Shown: positions 36,130-48,406 of the stretch, piece after piece | Layout: each line of letters opens with the position of its first letter | Numbering within the stretch: the first letter of the stretch is position 1 | Assembly (NCBI RefSeq): GCF_036321535.1 | Contig: NC_087436.1 | Span: forward strand, 47,058,001 to 47,122,000 | Length of the DNA stretch: 64,000 bases | Direction of reading: 5' to 3' | Origin: Camelus dromedarius | Lineage: Eukaryota | Made by a program: the position numbers and the translations under genes | The notes under the pieces: generated by a model | Databases searched by the model: none | What the model was told of the DNA's origin: nothing | What the model saw: only the letters and a program-made list of their open reading frames with translations

Positions 36130-36380
36130 CCGTGACCCTTCCTCTGTCACTGCCATCTCTCTGTCCTGTTACCTCCTGCTGGACCTGCTCCTCTCCCAAC
36201 TCATCTAGTTTTGTTTTGAACACTCCACATTATAGGTACTTGCAAATGTGTCTTACCTCCTTGAGCAGATACCAAGTTCTTCAAGAACAGAGATGAGATT
36301 TTACTTATTTTTGCCCCCCTTGCCATCCTTCCTTATCTGGCCCTGCACCTTAACATGTTTGGTGCTCAATTTAAAGTTGA
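36130..36380 (+). mobile_element. L2 3' remnant
   Basis: 'taccaagttcttcaagaacagagatgagattttacttattttt...gcaccttaacatgtttggtgctcaatt'. Confidence 0.55.
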
Positions 36381-37149
36381 GTTGGGTAGAAGTGAACTGA
36401 ATTGATTGGACTGTTTAATCTCTCTGAGCCAGGTTTGGGCTCACCTTTGAGAATTTTTGGTTGATCTGGTAATGGCATGCTGTCGTGAGGGAAGCATTGG
36501 ATCTGGAGTGGGAAGATCCAGAGCTTGGCTGCAGACAATACAACCCCAGCTTCCCCAAACGTCACCTCCTCACCGACGGACTGAGGGTAGTCAGAATTCT
36601 GAGCCCTCAGGCTCCTTCCAGCACTCGAATCCTGCTTTAAAAAACTGCTCTGCTCTTGATCATTTTGAAGTGGCAATTTCCCCCCTCTTATATGAGATAA
36701 AATGAATATTTCATCTCAAGCCCAGGAGTCATTTTGCACATATCCTGTGATGGGAGGCTAATGAGAGCCCTGGCAGAGACTTTTCTGTAGAAGAGATGTG
36801 ATCATTTCCATTGTTCTAGCATAAGAATTTGGCTAGATCCTCTATAGAGAAATGAGATAGAGGATTTAAAATTTTCATTCGTAACAGTAAAAATCATGAT
36901 TTGAACATTATTGAAGTTAATTTTGAAACCACTTGGGAATGGAAATATTTGAAATGAAGGTAATTTTTAAAATTCTAAGAGAGCAGCTTTTAAGCTTTGT
37001 ATTCCAACCCAGGAGTCCTCTTAAGGAGTAGATACTACATAGAAGTGGATTCTTGACACACTTGTAACTTTGAAAACTCTCTGCCTTTTGAAGTGTAGAA
37101 AAGAATAGAAACCACAGTACTTAGCACTCCAGGTTACAAATGTAGAGTT

Positions 37150-37560
37150 TCCGGGGTTTGCTGCCTATAAACCCGGCCTGCTGGCTGGGCCAGCAGGGAG
37201 CCCTTGGAGCCCTTCCTTCCGCGTGTGCCTGGATTCCGGGTCTGCAAGGTATGCTGCCTTCAGCCCCCCGGGGCACACGCCCATCAGTCCACCTGGCAGC
37301 TGAGAAGACAGGGCTGGTTCCCAGGAAGTTTGCACACACCCGCGTCATTCTCTGGCAGGTTGGAGGATGCCTGGAAAATTCTCCAGTTCCCAACTGTCCG
37401 TCCACTGGCGGCGTCCGCAGAGTCAGACTGATGCGGTTTATGGACCGACTCCAGAGAACTCCAGTAACAGCCCCTCTGCCGGCTCCGTCTCCATGAGTTA
37501 GGCCCAGGAGTGAGCCCGCCAGGGAAGGGGAGGCTCGCTCCCAGATATGTCCGCAGTATA
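37150..37560 (+). promoter_or_regulatory. CpG-enriched candidate internal promoter with TATA box and putative non-coding first exon (37195-37248)
   Basis: About 20 CpGs in ~410 bp (manual count); TATAAA at 37166-37171; CA initiator-type dinucleotide at 37194-37195; donor AAG|GTATGC at 37249; ETS core CAGGAAGT at 37322-37329. Function is inferred only. Confidence 0.45.
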
Positions 37561-37811
37561 CTTCTGTGGGTGTCATCTGTGTCCCTAAACACACACATCC
37601 CTAAACAGTGTGTCATGCTTCTGCTGTGGGCTGTGCTTTGGTTGTATATAATCCCAAGTTTAGCCTTCAGAGATGCCTGTCATCACTACATGTAAATTAC
37701 AAGGTTCAGCGATATAATACACACATAGAGTAAAATATCACTTCAACTTGCCTTACATATGTAGTAAAATTAGCTGTCATTCAGTCCAAATCAGTTCTTG
37801 TGCCTTTAGTT

Positions 37812-38397
37812 TATTTTTTAAACTTGAGATATAATTCTTGTAACATAAAACTCATCATTTAGATTGTACAATTTAACGGTTTTTAGGATAGTCACTGAGT
37901 TGTAGAACTATTACCATCATCTAATTCCAGAACATTTTTATCACTTCAGAAAGAAATCCTTACCTATTAGTGGTCCCAGTTTCTACCTCCCCTCAGCCCT
38001 GGCAACCACTCTACTTTCTGTCCCTATGGATTTGCCTGTTCTGGATGTTACATGGAAATAGAATCATGTAATATGTGACCTTTTGTGTCCTGTTTATTTC
38101 ACTTAATATAGTTTTAAGCTTCATCCATGATCTAGCATATATCAGAGCTTCTCTCTTCTTTATGGCTGAATAATAGTCGATTGTGGGGCTATATCACAGT
38201 TTATTTATCCGTTCATCAGTTGATGGACATTTGGATTGTTCCATGTTTTGGCTGTTATGAATAATGCTGCTGTGAACATTTGTGTACACGTGTTATCGTG
38301 AGCACATGGTTTCAGTTCTCTTGGGTATGCACCTAGAAGTGGAATTGCTAGGTCATATGGCAATTCTAGGTTTAACTTTCTGAGGAACTGAAAAACT
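37812..38397 (-). mobile_element. L1MB-like LINE-1 3' fragment
   Basis: 'aaacttgagatataattc...ctaattccagaacatttttatcacttcagaaagaaa...cctcagccctggcaaccactctactttctgtccctatggatttgcctgttctgg...gtggaattgctaggtcatatggcaattctaggtttaactttctgaggaac'. Confidence 0.9.
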
Positions 38398-38460
38398 TTT
38401 TTTTTAATCTATTCTTTGAAATATTTTTAAAGGCCTAAGTATCACCTAGCTTAAAAATTT

Positions 38461-38570
38461 GGTGAGGGGACGGTACAGTTCAGTGGTAGAGTGCATGCTT
38501 AACATACATGAGGTCCTGGGTTCAGTCCCCGGTACCTCTATTAATTAATTAATTAATTAGTTAATTAATT
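38461..38570 (+). mobile_element. tRNA-derived SINE (Vic-1-like) with (TTAA)n tail
   Basis: 'ggggacggtacagttcagtggtagagtgcatgcttaacatacatgaggtcctgggttcagtccccggtacctc' is homologous to the copy at 25677; tail 38540-38570. Confidence 0.85.
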
Positions 38571-40904
38571 TTCAGGGAGACAGATGTTAAACAAGTCAAC
38601 ATATTTTGTTAGAGAAAACACAACTGAATTAGTAATAAGCTGAGTTGGAAAATTTCAGGTTGTGTTAAATACAAGAAAACATTATTTACAATGATTTATG
38701 TTATCTCCACATTAAACTGGCTTAAATAGGGTTAGTGGAGAAAATGAATTCCCACGGATTTTTTAATAAACATATTCAAACTTTGGTGAAATAAAGTTTA
38801 ATTATTTTCAAGAATTAGCAGTAGTAATCAAGGTGAAGAAGATATCCTGAGCATTGCTAATTAGTTGGAAGACTTGAGAGCCTGAAGAAATGACCATTAT
38901 TAACATAAACTGGAAATTAAAGGAGAGGTGACAGATACAGACACATAGGCTCCTTACAGTGATGATTCTTAGTTTTATGGCAGGAATTTTCCAAATAGAG
39001 TGATAGCATATAGTCTTTCTTGACATTCCTTGGCTTGGGAATCACATTAATCAGCTTGGCTTGGGAATTAGAAGGCTTGTGAATAATGTACTGATTGATT
39101 ATACTATTACTGTGTTGCATAATCATTTCTGAAACATAAACTCAGATGACAGCAATGATAGTATTTTAGGAGGAGGGGAAGGTTCTGTGGTGATTTCTTA
39201 TTTGGCTACACATTTATAGCTTGATATTTCTCACACTTGCCTCTGAGGCCCTGTGGCCTTTTCCAGCTCAACTTTTGAGATCAGCCTAGTAAGACAGGCT
39301 ATCCGCCACTGGATAATCAGAAAATGGACTGCATCATGGTTTGGGGAAGGAAAATAGGATTGATCCAGCCTTTCTTGCTAACTGGTGTTGGACTTTACTG
39401 AGATTCCTTGTCCTTGTCTGGAACATGGGGATACTAATACTTTTCTTTCCAGAGTGATGGTGAGATCCAAACGAGACAAGGAGCATGAAGACATTTTGTG
39501 AACATTTTCCTTGGAGTGGCTTATTCATAGCTAGATCAAACTTCCAGAGCTGCATCCTCTTTGCAGTAAAGCACTTAGTGGACACCTGGAGTCCATACTC
39601 CTGGAATAATGCAGGACTCTTCTACATTTGCTGCTACGTAGGACCATAGCTCTGGAGCCAATACCGTTCATAGCCCTTTCAAGTACTGAGCATCTCCTCA
39701 CTGTTAGTGTAGGCTTTGGGCTGGCCTTTTTGTACACGTGCCCCCAACTTGGGGGGCTGCTATCTCCCTGCCCTTCGGACAAGGTATTGCCACTTCTTGG
39801 TCACAGACTAGTCCAGTTGGGTTTGTCTGTGAAGGCAAAGTGGTGGAGATTCAAGGCTTGGGGTGCGGGAAAACACAGTGGTTCCTGTCTTTGCTGCAGA
39901 AAGGAAGAAGCCCTTAGTGGAAATCTGGCAGGATGACCCATCTATCTGGAAGTTCTGTCTCTTGATCATGACTAGAGCAATCTTACAGGTCCTTGGACTG
40001 GGAGAAATCAGGTTTAATGACAGCTAACATGCTCCTGCCCGCTGTCTTAATGTCTGCAAGCTTTACTGATGTCCCTTCAGATTACTGGCACACACTGCCA
40101 TCAAGCCAGTGCCCCATCAGCCATGTGACATTGACCCATCTTCAAACTGATTTTTTTTAATGTTCAGATAAATAAGTCATCTCTGATCATATGCAGTTCT
40201 TTCTTTTGCCTTCCTGACCTTCCTTTCTCCTAGCTACCACTAGAATCAATAGAGAACCACTAGAACAATAAAGTATGGGAATTCAAAGCTTCAGAACCGT
40301 TGGGATCACAGGGCCGTTGGTGTTGGAAGATATTCGGGCCCACACTTTTATCTTTTGTTAATGGTAGGAATCCAGTCCTCAGACTCACAACTTCAAGTTG
40401 TTGCACCTAAGACTCTTGCCTGCCCCCTCCTCCGATGTATTTACCTTCCTTGCTGCCTCCTGTGTTTTAGACCATCTTTAGTGTTTGTCAACCCCATGGT
40501 GTATATATTCCTACTTTCTGTATTATCCAGTCAGTCACTACCTTCAAACATCATTAAAATATTGGTATTCAGATGAAGCAGGTGCCACATATTAAAGAGG
40601 TAAACTGAAATATCCTTCATACATTTAGATGGAACATATTATAGCATATTTGCATCATAGAAAAAAACATTTTTACACAAAGAAGTTATCTTAATAGGGA
40701 AGTGGAGATTTCTTTGAGGTTGCAAATCAGTAGTGAAACAGTGATTGAGAGGATTCTTTGAGGCCATTATTAACTGTTTCAGCAAATTTCTAAGCTAGCT
40801 TTATCTGGTATTCACTGAAATAATGCATGTTGACACAGGTAATAACTTTCTCAATGTAGGAAATGAGATTAATGACTTCTTTTTTTCCAAAGTAGAATTA
40901 ATAT

Positions 40905-41120
40905 TGTATTTACATAGTGTTTTACTACTTGCAAAGTGTTTTTCCATGCATGATCCCATTTGATCCTTATACAAACTTAGCTGGGGAAAATAATAGCCTC
41001 ATTTAATGAGCAATCTGAAACACAAAAAGGGTAAGTCATTTGCATAAGTTCACACAACAAGCAACAGGTAGGACCAGGAATATTATCCAGGTCTTTCAAC
41101 TTAAAATCCTATATGCTATT
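40905..41120 (-). mobile_element. MIR SINE
   Basis: 'tttacatagtgttttactacttgcaaagtgtttttccatgcatgatcccatttgatcctta...ctgaaacacaaaaagggtaagtcatttgcataagttcacaca'. Confidence 0.75.
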
Positions 41121-41983
41121 ATTACTTGCCCGAGAACTGTCCACTACCACCAGCCTTGGTATGGAAATGCAGGCAAAAGCTTTGTTAAAACAAAGAGTAG
41201 AGCATCTTACAAATATTCTTTAATTAGCCCTTAAACTATTTTTGCTCCTTTATACCTCTCTGGAAAATTCGTAATTGCTTTCAGATATCCCTAAATTGAT
41301 TCTCATATTCTCTACAGAGAATTTGTGTCATATTGCTTGAGTGAAATGCACTACAAAGATATCAGCCTCTCATCTCCCTCTTTTTTCATATTTAGTCCAA
41401 CTCCAGGTTCTGTACAGTTGGCCTGGATAATTGCATTCTCATATACTGCCCTCATGTTGGAAGCTGCATTCTTCAGTGCACATCTGACATAGTTTCAGTT
41501 GCTTTTCTCTATAAAATTCATTTGTTATGGATAACTTTCAAAAATAATTACATTAAGTATTTTGCACTTTTTTGGGCTACATGAACTGTTTCCTTGAGAA
41601 GAGGGAAGAAAATGCCAGTAAATCTTCTACAAGCCTCTTCTCCTTGCCGGCCAGCAGAACTCCTGTCTAGTGACTCAAAGAAAGTGGAGTTGAGGCCCAG
41701 AGGCAAGGAGCCAGGCAGAGTAATTAATGACCAATGGCCACACATTGCCCCAGTGTTAGCAGGGCCTGGGGGCATGGTTCAGGCCATCCGAGATCATGTC
41801 AAATGATAATCTTTGAAGTTTCTTATTCTGGAATGGTTTCAGACCAAGATCAAGAACATGTTCCTGTTGCTTATCAAAGAGTACTAAGGAAAGAAAAGTT
41901 TGTTTCACCTAGTCATTTAGGAAGGGGTTTAGTGTTTGCCAGGGGTGTGCTGTTTCATGTCTAACAACTCGCTTGGGGGAACT

Positions 41984-42112
41984 NNNNNNNNNNNNNNNNN
42001 NNNNNNNNNNNNNNNNNNNNNNNNNNNNNNNNNNNNNNNNNNNNNNNNNNNNNNNNNNNNNNNNNNNNNNNNNNNNNNNNNNNNNNNNNNNNNNNNNNNN
42101 NNNNNNNNNNNN
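41984..42112. other. N-run (129 nt), probable assembly gap
   Basis: Directly visible. Confidence 0.95.
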
Positions 42113-43221
42113 TAGTACAAGCTGTCTTCCACACAGTGCTGTAAATTAAGGGCAACCTAGGTTGCTTTGGGAAAGATTTGTAGATGCGGCATTCAGTGTC
42201 TACCTCGAATTCTTCAGCAAGTTCCCCCACAAAAGGTACAAGAAAAAATTCAAAAAGGAAATTTCCTATTCAAGATGAATGCTACAAAATAGAGTTTATC
42301 TTTGATTTTATATTCACAGGAGTATCCTTTTTCACTAGCAGAGAATAGCTATTGTCATCTTTGCTGCTGTACCTTCCCGTTGGCTAAGAACATTTCTTTT
42401 TTATAATACAGACATAGAGTTGAGCTTCTAAAGGGTCTTTACATTTTACTTCTTCTTTTTATACCATTAAAACAAATATCTTCAAGGAGAGTTTGCTATT
42501 CTAGTTTGACTTATTTAGGGACTTTAAGTTGTGCACAATTACATGAAATCCTATTTATGTAATCTGCTTCATTTGTCATTCAGGTTTTTTGCCTCAGTTT
42601 CAACTCATTTCAAGATTTTGTTTTCAAATCTGAAACAAAAGGTTCTTTTTCCTTGACTCATAAGTATATCCTATAAATAGTGATAGCTGCAGCATCATTT
42701 TCACTGAAGATGAACTTTGGTGTTTGTTTTTTCAGGCAGTATACTCTGATGAGAGATGGGAAGGATGGTTACCTATCACGGAATGAGTTCATCATTAATT
42801 TGTAATGAATCTGAAAGTGTGTATTAGGTGTTTTTAAAAGTATTTGAAGAAGTTGAGTGTAACTGCTGTGCAACACAACCATTTATTCGAAAGGGTCAGT
42901 GACCTGTAAAAGGTGGACATAATTTAGTAATTTCTTTCATACTATAATATGAAATGTTATGCTTTTATACTACCTGTCATGTAAATATTTGGTTTTAAAC
43001 ATATTGACTTGGCCCTCAGTATGGAATATTGAAATCTCGTGTTTAATTGCCAACTCTGCCACTAAACTTTTCTGATTTTCAGTTTCCTTATCCATAAGTT
43101 TCCTTTTCCGTAAAAGGAACTTTTGTTAACAAACATGCCTCCTTTTTTGTTTTGTTTTAAGTCAAATTGAAGTACAAAAGAGAAAGGGGCGTTTTTACCT
43201 ACAGATTTTCAAACTATAAAG

Positions 43222-43545
43222 CAGAGCTACCTGATAGAAATACAGTGCAAGTCCAGAAATGCAAGTCATATATGTAATTTTAAATTTTCTAGTAGCCCCA
43301 TAAAACAGTAGAGATGGGTAAAACTAATTTTAATAATAACTTTTTAACACAGTATATAACCAAAATGTTATTTCAACATGTAATCAATCTAAAAGCTTCC
43401 TGAGATACTTTACGTTCTTTTTTCCACATTAAATGTTTGAAATCGAGTGTGTCTTTTACACATATAGCACATCTATATTCAGACTGAACACATTTCAAGC
43501 CCTGAAAAGCTGGTGACCAACGGCTACCATAGTGGACAGAATAGC
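43222..43545 (+). mobile_element. MER33 hAT-Charlie non-autonomous DNA transposon
   Basis: 'atatatgtaattttaaattttctagtagc', 'tttcaacatgtaatcaat', 'gaaatcgagtgtgtcttttacacatatagcacatct' and 'ggctaccatagtggacag' follow the recalled MER33 consensus in order. Confidence 0.85.
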
Positions 43546-43860
43546 TCCTTAGAATAGCTTAGTGCTTATCTTACAGTATAAATATCATATTTATACATGC
43601 ATAGAAAATGGTTTGCTTTTCTTAATAAACCTTAGCTCTCAGTTAGAGTTTTATTGTTAGGAGCTGAACCCAAAATAATTTGTACTTTTTTTCTTTTGAA
43701 AGTCTCTTCAGCAAATTCTATAGAAAAATGAGGATCCCCACAGACTGAAATGTTACTCTTTTCACTTTGCAAAACACCCAGTTTTAAGCAGAGACTGTTT
43801 TACACATAGCACTTATTAAAAGCAGAGACAGCTTGATGGGACAAAATTGGCACATATGTC

Positions 43861-45963
43861 TTCTTTTTCTTTTAAACTGAAGTACAGTCAGTTACAGTGT
43901 GTCAGTTTTTGGTGTACAGCACAATGTCCCAGTCATGCATATAAATACACACATTCATTTTCATATTCTTTTTCATTAAAGGTTATTACAAGATATTGAA
44001 CATAGTTCCCTGTGCTATACAGAAGAAACTTTTAAAATCTATTTTTATATATAGTGGCTAACATTTACAAATCTCAAACTCTCAAATTTATCCCTTCCCA
44101 TCCCCTTTCCCTGATAACCATAAGATTGTTTGCTGTGTCTGCAAGTCTGTTTCTGTTTTGTAGATGAGTTCATAGTGTCCTTTTTTTCTTTTTTTTTTTT
44201 TTTTTGTTAGATTCCACCTATGAGTGATATCATATGGTATTTTGCTTTCTATTTCTGGCTTAACTTCACTTAAAATGACTATCTCTAGGTCCATCTATGT
44301 TGCTGCAAATGGCATTCATTATTTTATTTTTTGTGGCTGAGTAGTATTCCATTGTATAAATACACGACAACTTCTTTATCCAGTCACCTATTGATGGACA
44401 TTGAGGTTGTTTCCATGTCTTGGCTGTTGTATATAGTGCTGCTGTGAACATTGTGGTGCATATAGCTTTTCGAATTAGAGTTCCTTCTGGATATGTGCCC
44501 AGGAGTGGGATTGCTGGATCATATGGTAAGTCTACTTTTAGTTTTTTAAGGAATCTCCATACTATTTTCCCTAATGGCTGCACCAAACTGCATTCCTACC
44601 AACAGTGTAAGAGGGTTCCCTTTTCTCCAAACCCTCTCCAGCATTATCATTTGTGAACTTTTTAATGATGTCCATCTGACTGGTGTCAGGTGATACTTCG
44701 TTGTAGTTTTGATTTGCATTTCTCTGATAATTAGTGATATTGAGCATTTTTTCATGTGCCTGTTGGCCATTTGTATGTCTTCATTGGAGAAGTGCTTGTT
44801 TAGGTTTTCTGCCTATTTTTGGATTGGGTTTTTTGGGTTTTTTTATTATTAAGTTGTATGAGCTGTTCATATATTCTGGAAGTTAAGGCCTTGTCAGTCT
44901 CATCTTTTGCAAATATTTTCTCCCATTCTATAGGTTTTTATTTTGCTTATGGTTTTCATTGCTGTGCAAAAGCTTATAAGTTTAATTAGGCCCCATTTGT
45001 TTATTTTTGCTTTTATTTCTATTGCCTGGGTAGACTGCCCTAGGAGACAGTTGCTAAGATTCATGTCAGATAATGGTTTGCCTATGTTTTCTTCTAAGAG
45101 GTTTATAGTGTATTGTCTTATGTTTAAGACTTTAAGCCATTTTGAGTTTATTTTTGTATATGGCATGAGGGAATGTTCTAACTTCACTGATTTACATGCA
45201 GCTTCCCAGTTTTCCCAACACCATTTGCTGAAGAGATTGTCTTTACTCCATTGTATATTCTTGCCTCCTTTGTTGAAGATTAATTGGCCATAAGTCTGTG
45301 GGTTTATTTTTTGGCTCTCTATTCTGTTCCATTGATCTGTGTGTCTATTTTTGTGACAATACCATGCTGTTTTCATTGCTATAGGTCTGTAGTATTGTCT
45401 GAAATCTGGAAGGGTTATTCATCCAGCTTCATTCTTTTTCTTCAGTATTGCTTTAGTAATGCTGGGTCTTTTGTGATTCTATATAAATATTAAGATTATT
45501 TGTTCCAGTTGTGAAATATGTCCTGGGTAATTTGATAGGGATCGCATTAAATCTGTAGATTGCCTTGGGCGGTATGGCCATTTTAACAACATTAATTCTT
45601 CCAATCCAAGAGCATGGGATATCTTTCTATTTCTTTATGTCATCTTTAATTTCTTTAATGTTTTGTAGTTTTCCACGTGTAAGTCTTTCACCTCCTTGGT
45701 CAGATTTACTCCTAAATATTTTATTTTTTTGGATAAGATTTTAAAAGGGATTTTTTTCTTTACATTCCTTTTCTCATATTTCATAATTAGTGTAAAGAAA
45801 TGCAACTGATTTCTGTATGTTAATCTTGTGTCCTGCTACCTTGCTGAATTCTTTTATCAGCTCTAGCAGTTTTTGTGTGGAGCCTTTAGGGTTTTCTATA
45901 TATAGTAACATGTCATTCACATATAGTGACAGTTTTACTTGTTCCCTTCCACTTTGGATCCTT
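43861..45963 (-). mobile_element. Young 5'-truncated LINE-1 (~2.1 kb) with disrupted ORF2 C-terminal region and 3'UTR
   Basis: Minus-strand ORFs 44900-45376 (KTAWYCHKNRHTDQWNRIES...LIFNKGGKNIQWSKDNLFSKWCWENW), 44546-44770 ([23 protein letters not shown]...HLTPVR) and 44266-44586 ([22 protein letters not shown]) are recognisable L1 ORF2p segments split by frameshifts. 3'UTR 'aactgaagtacagtcagttacagtgtgtc...' and T-rich tail at 43861. Confidence 0.95.
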
Positions 45964-46249
45964 CAAGGGCAATATTTAACATGAAAAATAAAGGCAACAC
46001 TCAGAGGATTAGGGGTGTGGTGAAGGTGTTGTGAAATGAATCAAATAATAGGATGTTGCAACTTTACATAATTATAAGTCATTTTCCCTTTTACTCTGAT
46101 CTTTCTCAGCTTAACCCTAGTTCCTCTGTTTATAGACTGCAGTTACCGAAAAGTATGGATCCCCTTTTAGCTCCCAGAGTGAGTTATTCCCTTTTGTTGC
46201 CACTCTTTTCAGCAGTTCACAGTTCATCTGGTTGTCAGGTAGGGCCACT

Positions 46250-46445
46250 CAAGCACTGTTTGGGACAGAATAGATCTGTATTTAATTCAGGTTCAGCCAT
46301 TTACAGGCTAACCCGTGTGACCTTAACCCTTCTGAGCCTGTTTGTTTCCTCATTTAAAATGAGGGAATAAATTTGATCACAAGTGTAAAAGTATTGTTCA
46401 TAGTTCCTAGAATACAGTAAATATTCAGTGAATGTCCCTTCTCTT
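46250..46445 (+). mobile_element. MIR SINE
   Basis: 'aattcaggttcagccatttac...gtgaccttaacccttctgagcctgtttgtttcctcatttaaaatgaggg...ttcctagaatacagtaaatattcagtgaatg'. Confidence 0.75.
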
Positions 46446-47289
46446 GTCTTTCTCATTCAAGCAATCCAGGTTTTTAACTATTGCAACCTATATTATTTCT
46501 CCTCTATCATGTTTATTTCATACACCATTTAGTGCATTATTAGTGATTAATAAATGGTAAGACAAATTATATGCCCCCTAAAGTGTCAGATAATTAAAGC
46601 TTCAGGTTAGACAGAACCATGTAATAAAAGAGTTGTACTTAAATATAAAATAATGATTTGTCTGAAGATTTTCTTAAAAGGCAAACGATTGGCCAAAAGC
46701 AGACATGCTGGTTGTTAATGTTGAAGAGAAAGCCAAAGCTTTTTAAAATTTTCTTCAAAATAAATTTATTTGGAGCCTCAACTCTGTTTGGTGATGGCCC
46801 TTTCGCATTCTTTAAGCCATGACCCTGTAGTTAGCATGGAACTTTCCTTGCGCATAATTCCCCTGATTTCCTGACGTTGGGAGGAGGGGAGGGGAAGATG
46901 TGCAAATCCTCTCCCGTCCCTTCCCCTCTGAGCCACGACTGCGGTCAGCTCTGACGAGAGAGTAACACGCTCTGGACGATGTAGCCTCTGGATTAAAAGA
47001 AAGTAAAGAGAAAAACACAAAACTAAAGCTCAGAACTTTATAATGTAACTAGAATAACTATAACACCAGGTAATGACATTTGTAGTGGCATTTCATTTTT
47101 ATCTGCTAAAGATTAATTGGTGATAACGTTTTGCAAATAGAAAAAATAAGAAACTGAAGTGGGTTATCTGTGTCTTAACAGATGGCGTCAGGTCCTGCAG
47201 CACCCTGAGCTGATCACAGCGCCTCTCCCACCCAGCTCCCATCCAGCTCCCATCCCCCCACTCTCACTGTTGGCTTTAGGAAAGAGTGA

Positions 47290-47697
47290 TTATGGGGTAG
47301 GCCTGACATAGTCTCAGGGGCCCTTGGAAAGCAGAGAGGTTTCTCCAGTGGTCATGGATGAGGAGGTCAGAGATTCAAAGCAAGAAACATTTATTTGATG
47401 TACCATTACTGGCTATAAGTTGGAGGAGCTGCTTGTCAGGGACTATGAGTGGCCCCACCTGACAACCAGCAGGGAAATGGGGACACCACAAGCAACTGAA
47501 TTACACTAACAGCAAGAGCGAGCTCACAGAGCCTCCAGACAGGAACTCAGCCCCGGCAACACCTGTGGTACCCTGAGCCAGGAGCCCGGTCACACCATGC
47601 TGGGGTCCTGCCCCACGGAAGCCATGAGACAGTACATTGTGATGTGTTAAGCTGCTAATAAATTTGTGGTAATTCTTTAGGCAGCAATAGAAAATAC
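47290..47697 (+). mobile_element. MLT1-family (MaLR) solo LTR remnant
   Basis: 'ggccccacctgacaaccagcagggaaatggggac...cagagcctccagacaggaactcagccccggcaacacc...ttaagctgctaataaatttgtggtaattctttaggcagcaatagaaaa' is a typical MLT1 3' half; subfamily not assigned. Confidence 0.8.
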
Positions 47698-47789
47698 GAG
47701 GATCAATCCCTGTTTTTAATTTAAGGGTATGAATTCTTTCTTGAAAGGAGCTGACTTCTTAGTGTTGAAAGCCTCATTTAGACCATTAG

Positions 47790-48010
47790 TCATGAGAAGT
47801 AGGTATTGAATGTCTCCACTTTACCAGGACCTGTGCCAGATGCTGGCGATAAGTTACCAAGGTCTGACCTCTGTCACGTGAGAGAAAACAGATGCACAAA
47901 CAAGTAGCAACAATACAGTGTGGTAAATGCATGGTGTCACGTCCTGCGGGTGCAAGCACAGAGCCAGTGGTGCTGCGTGTACCTGAGGGAGTTGAGAAGC
48001 CTTCTTAGCA
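47790..48010 (-). mobile_element. L2 remnant
   Basis: 'ccaggacctgtgccagatgctggcgata...caatacagtgtggtaaatgc...gagggagttgagaagccttcttag'. Confidence 0.65.
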
Positions 48011-48406
48011 CCAAAGGGTGCAAATCTGTATTCCCAGCTATTGTGTATCAAGAATTCCTTTGAAGAAAATAATTCAAAATTGAATGAAAAAACACAAGTC
48101 TGGGGCTCTATATCAAGTTAAAGAAGTTGAAGGAGTATTTAAAAATTTAAATGTCATTTAAAAGGATGAGGTATATATTATTTTTGATTGTTTGCTTTTC
48201 AAATTTCTCTTGATTTGTAGATTTATAGCACTAGCAAGGAGGAAGGAAAAAAATGATAGCTTAGTACATCATGAAAACATTCCACCTTTGTAACTCATAA
48301 GTCAGTTTTCCTCTGAATTCAACTTAACTGAAATAATACTTTTCAGTTTATTAGCTTGGATCATCTACAGTCAACAACTGTCTCTGTACCATTACTTCAG
48401 TAAAGG

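Noticed and set aside
37400-37420. CTCF-like motifs (also near 25270, 32281 and 47178)
   Set aside because: Each needs an indel or mismatches at core positions.
42749-42790. EF-hand-like peptide RDGKDGYLSRNEF
   Set aside because: Loop positions 1 and 3 (R, G) violate the EF-hand consensus and the frame stops a few codons later.
44266-45376. L1 ORF2-like ORFs as protein-coding genes
   Set aside because: Frameshifted fragments of a truncated retrotransposon; reported as a mobile element.
47232-47253. 2 x 11-bp tandem duplication CCAGCTCCCAT
   Set aside because: Ordinary slippage duplication with no evident functional motif.
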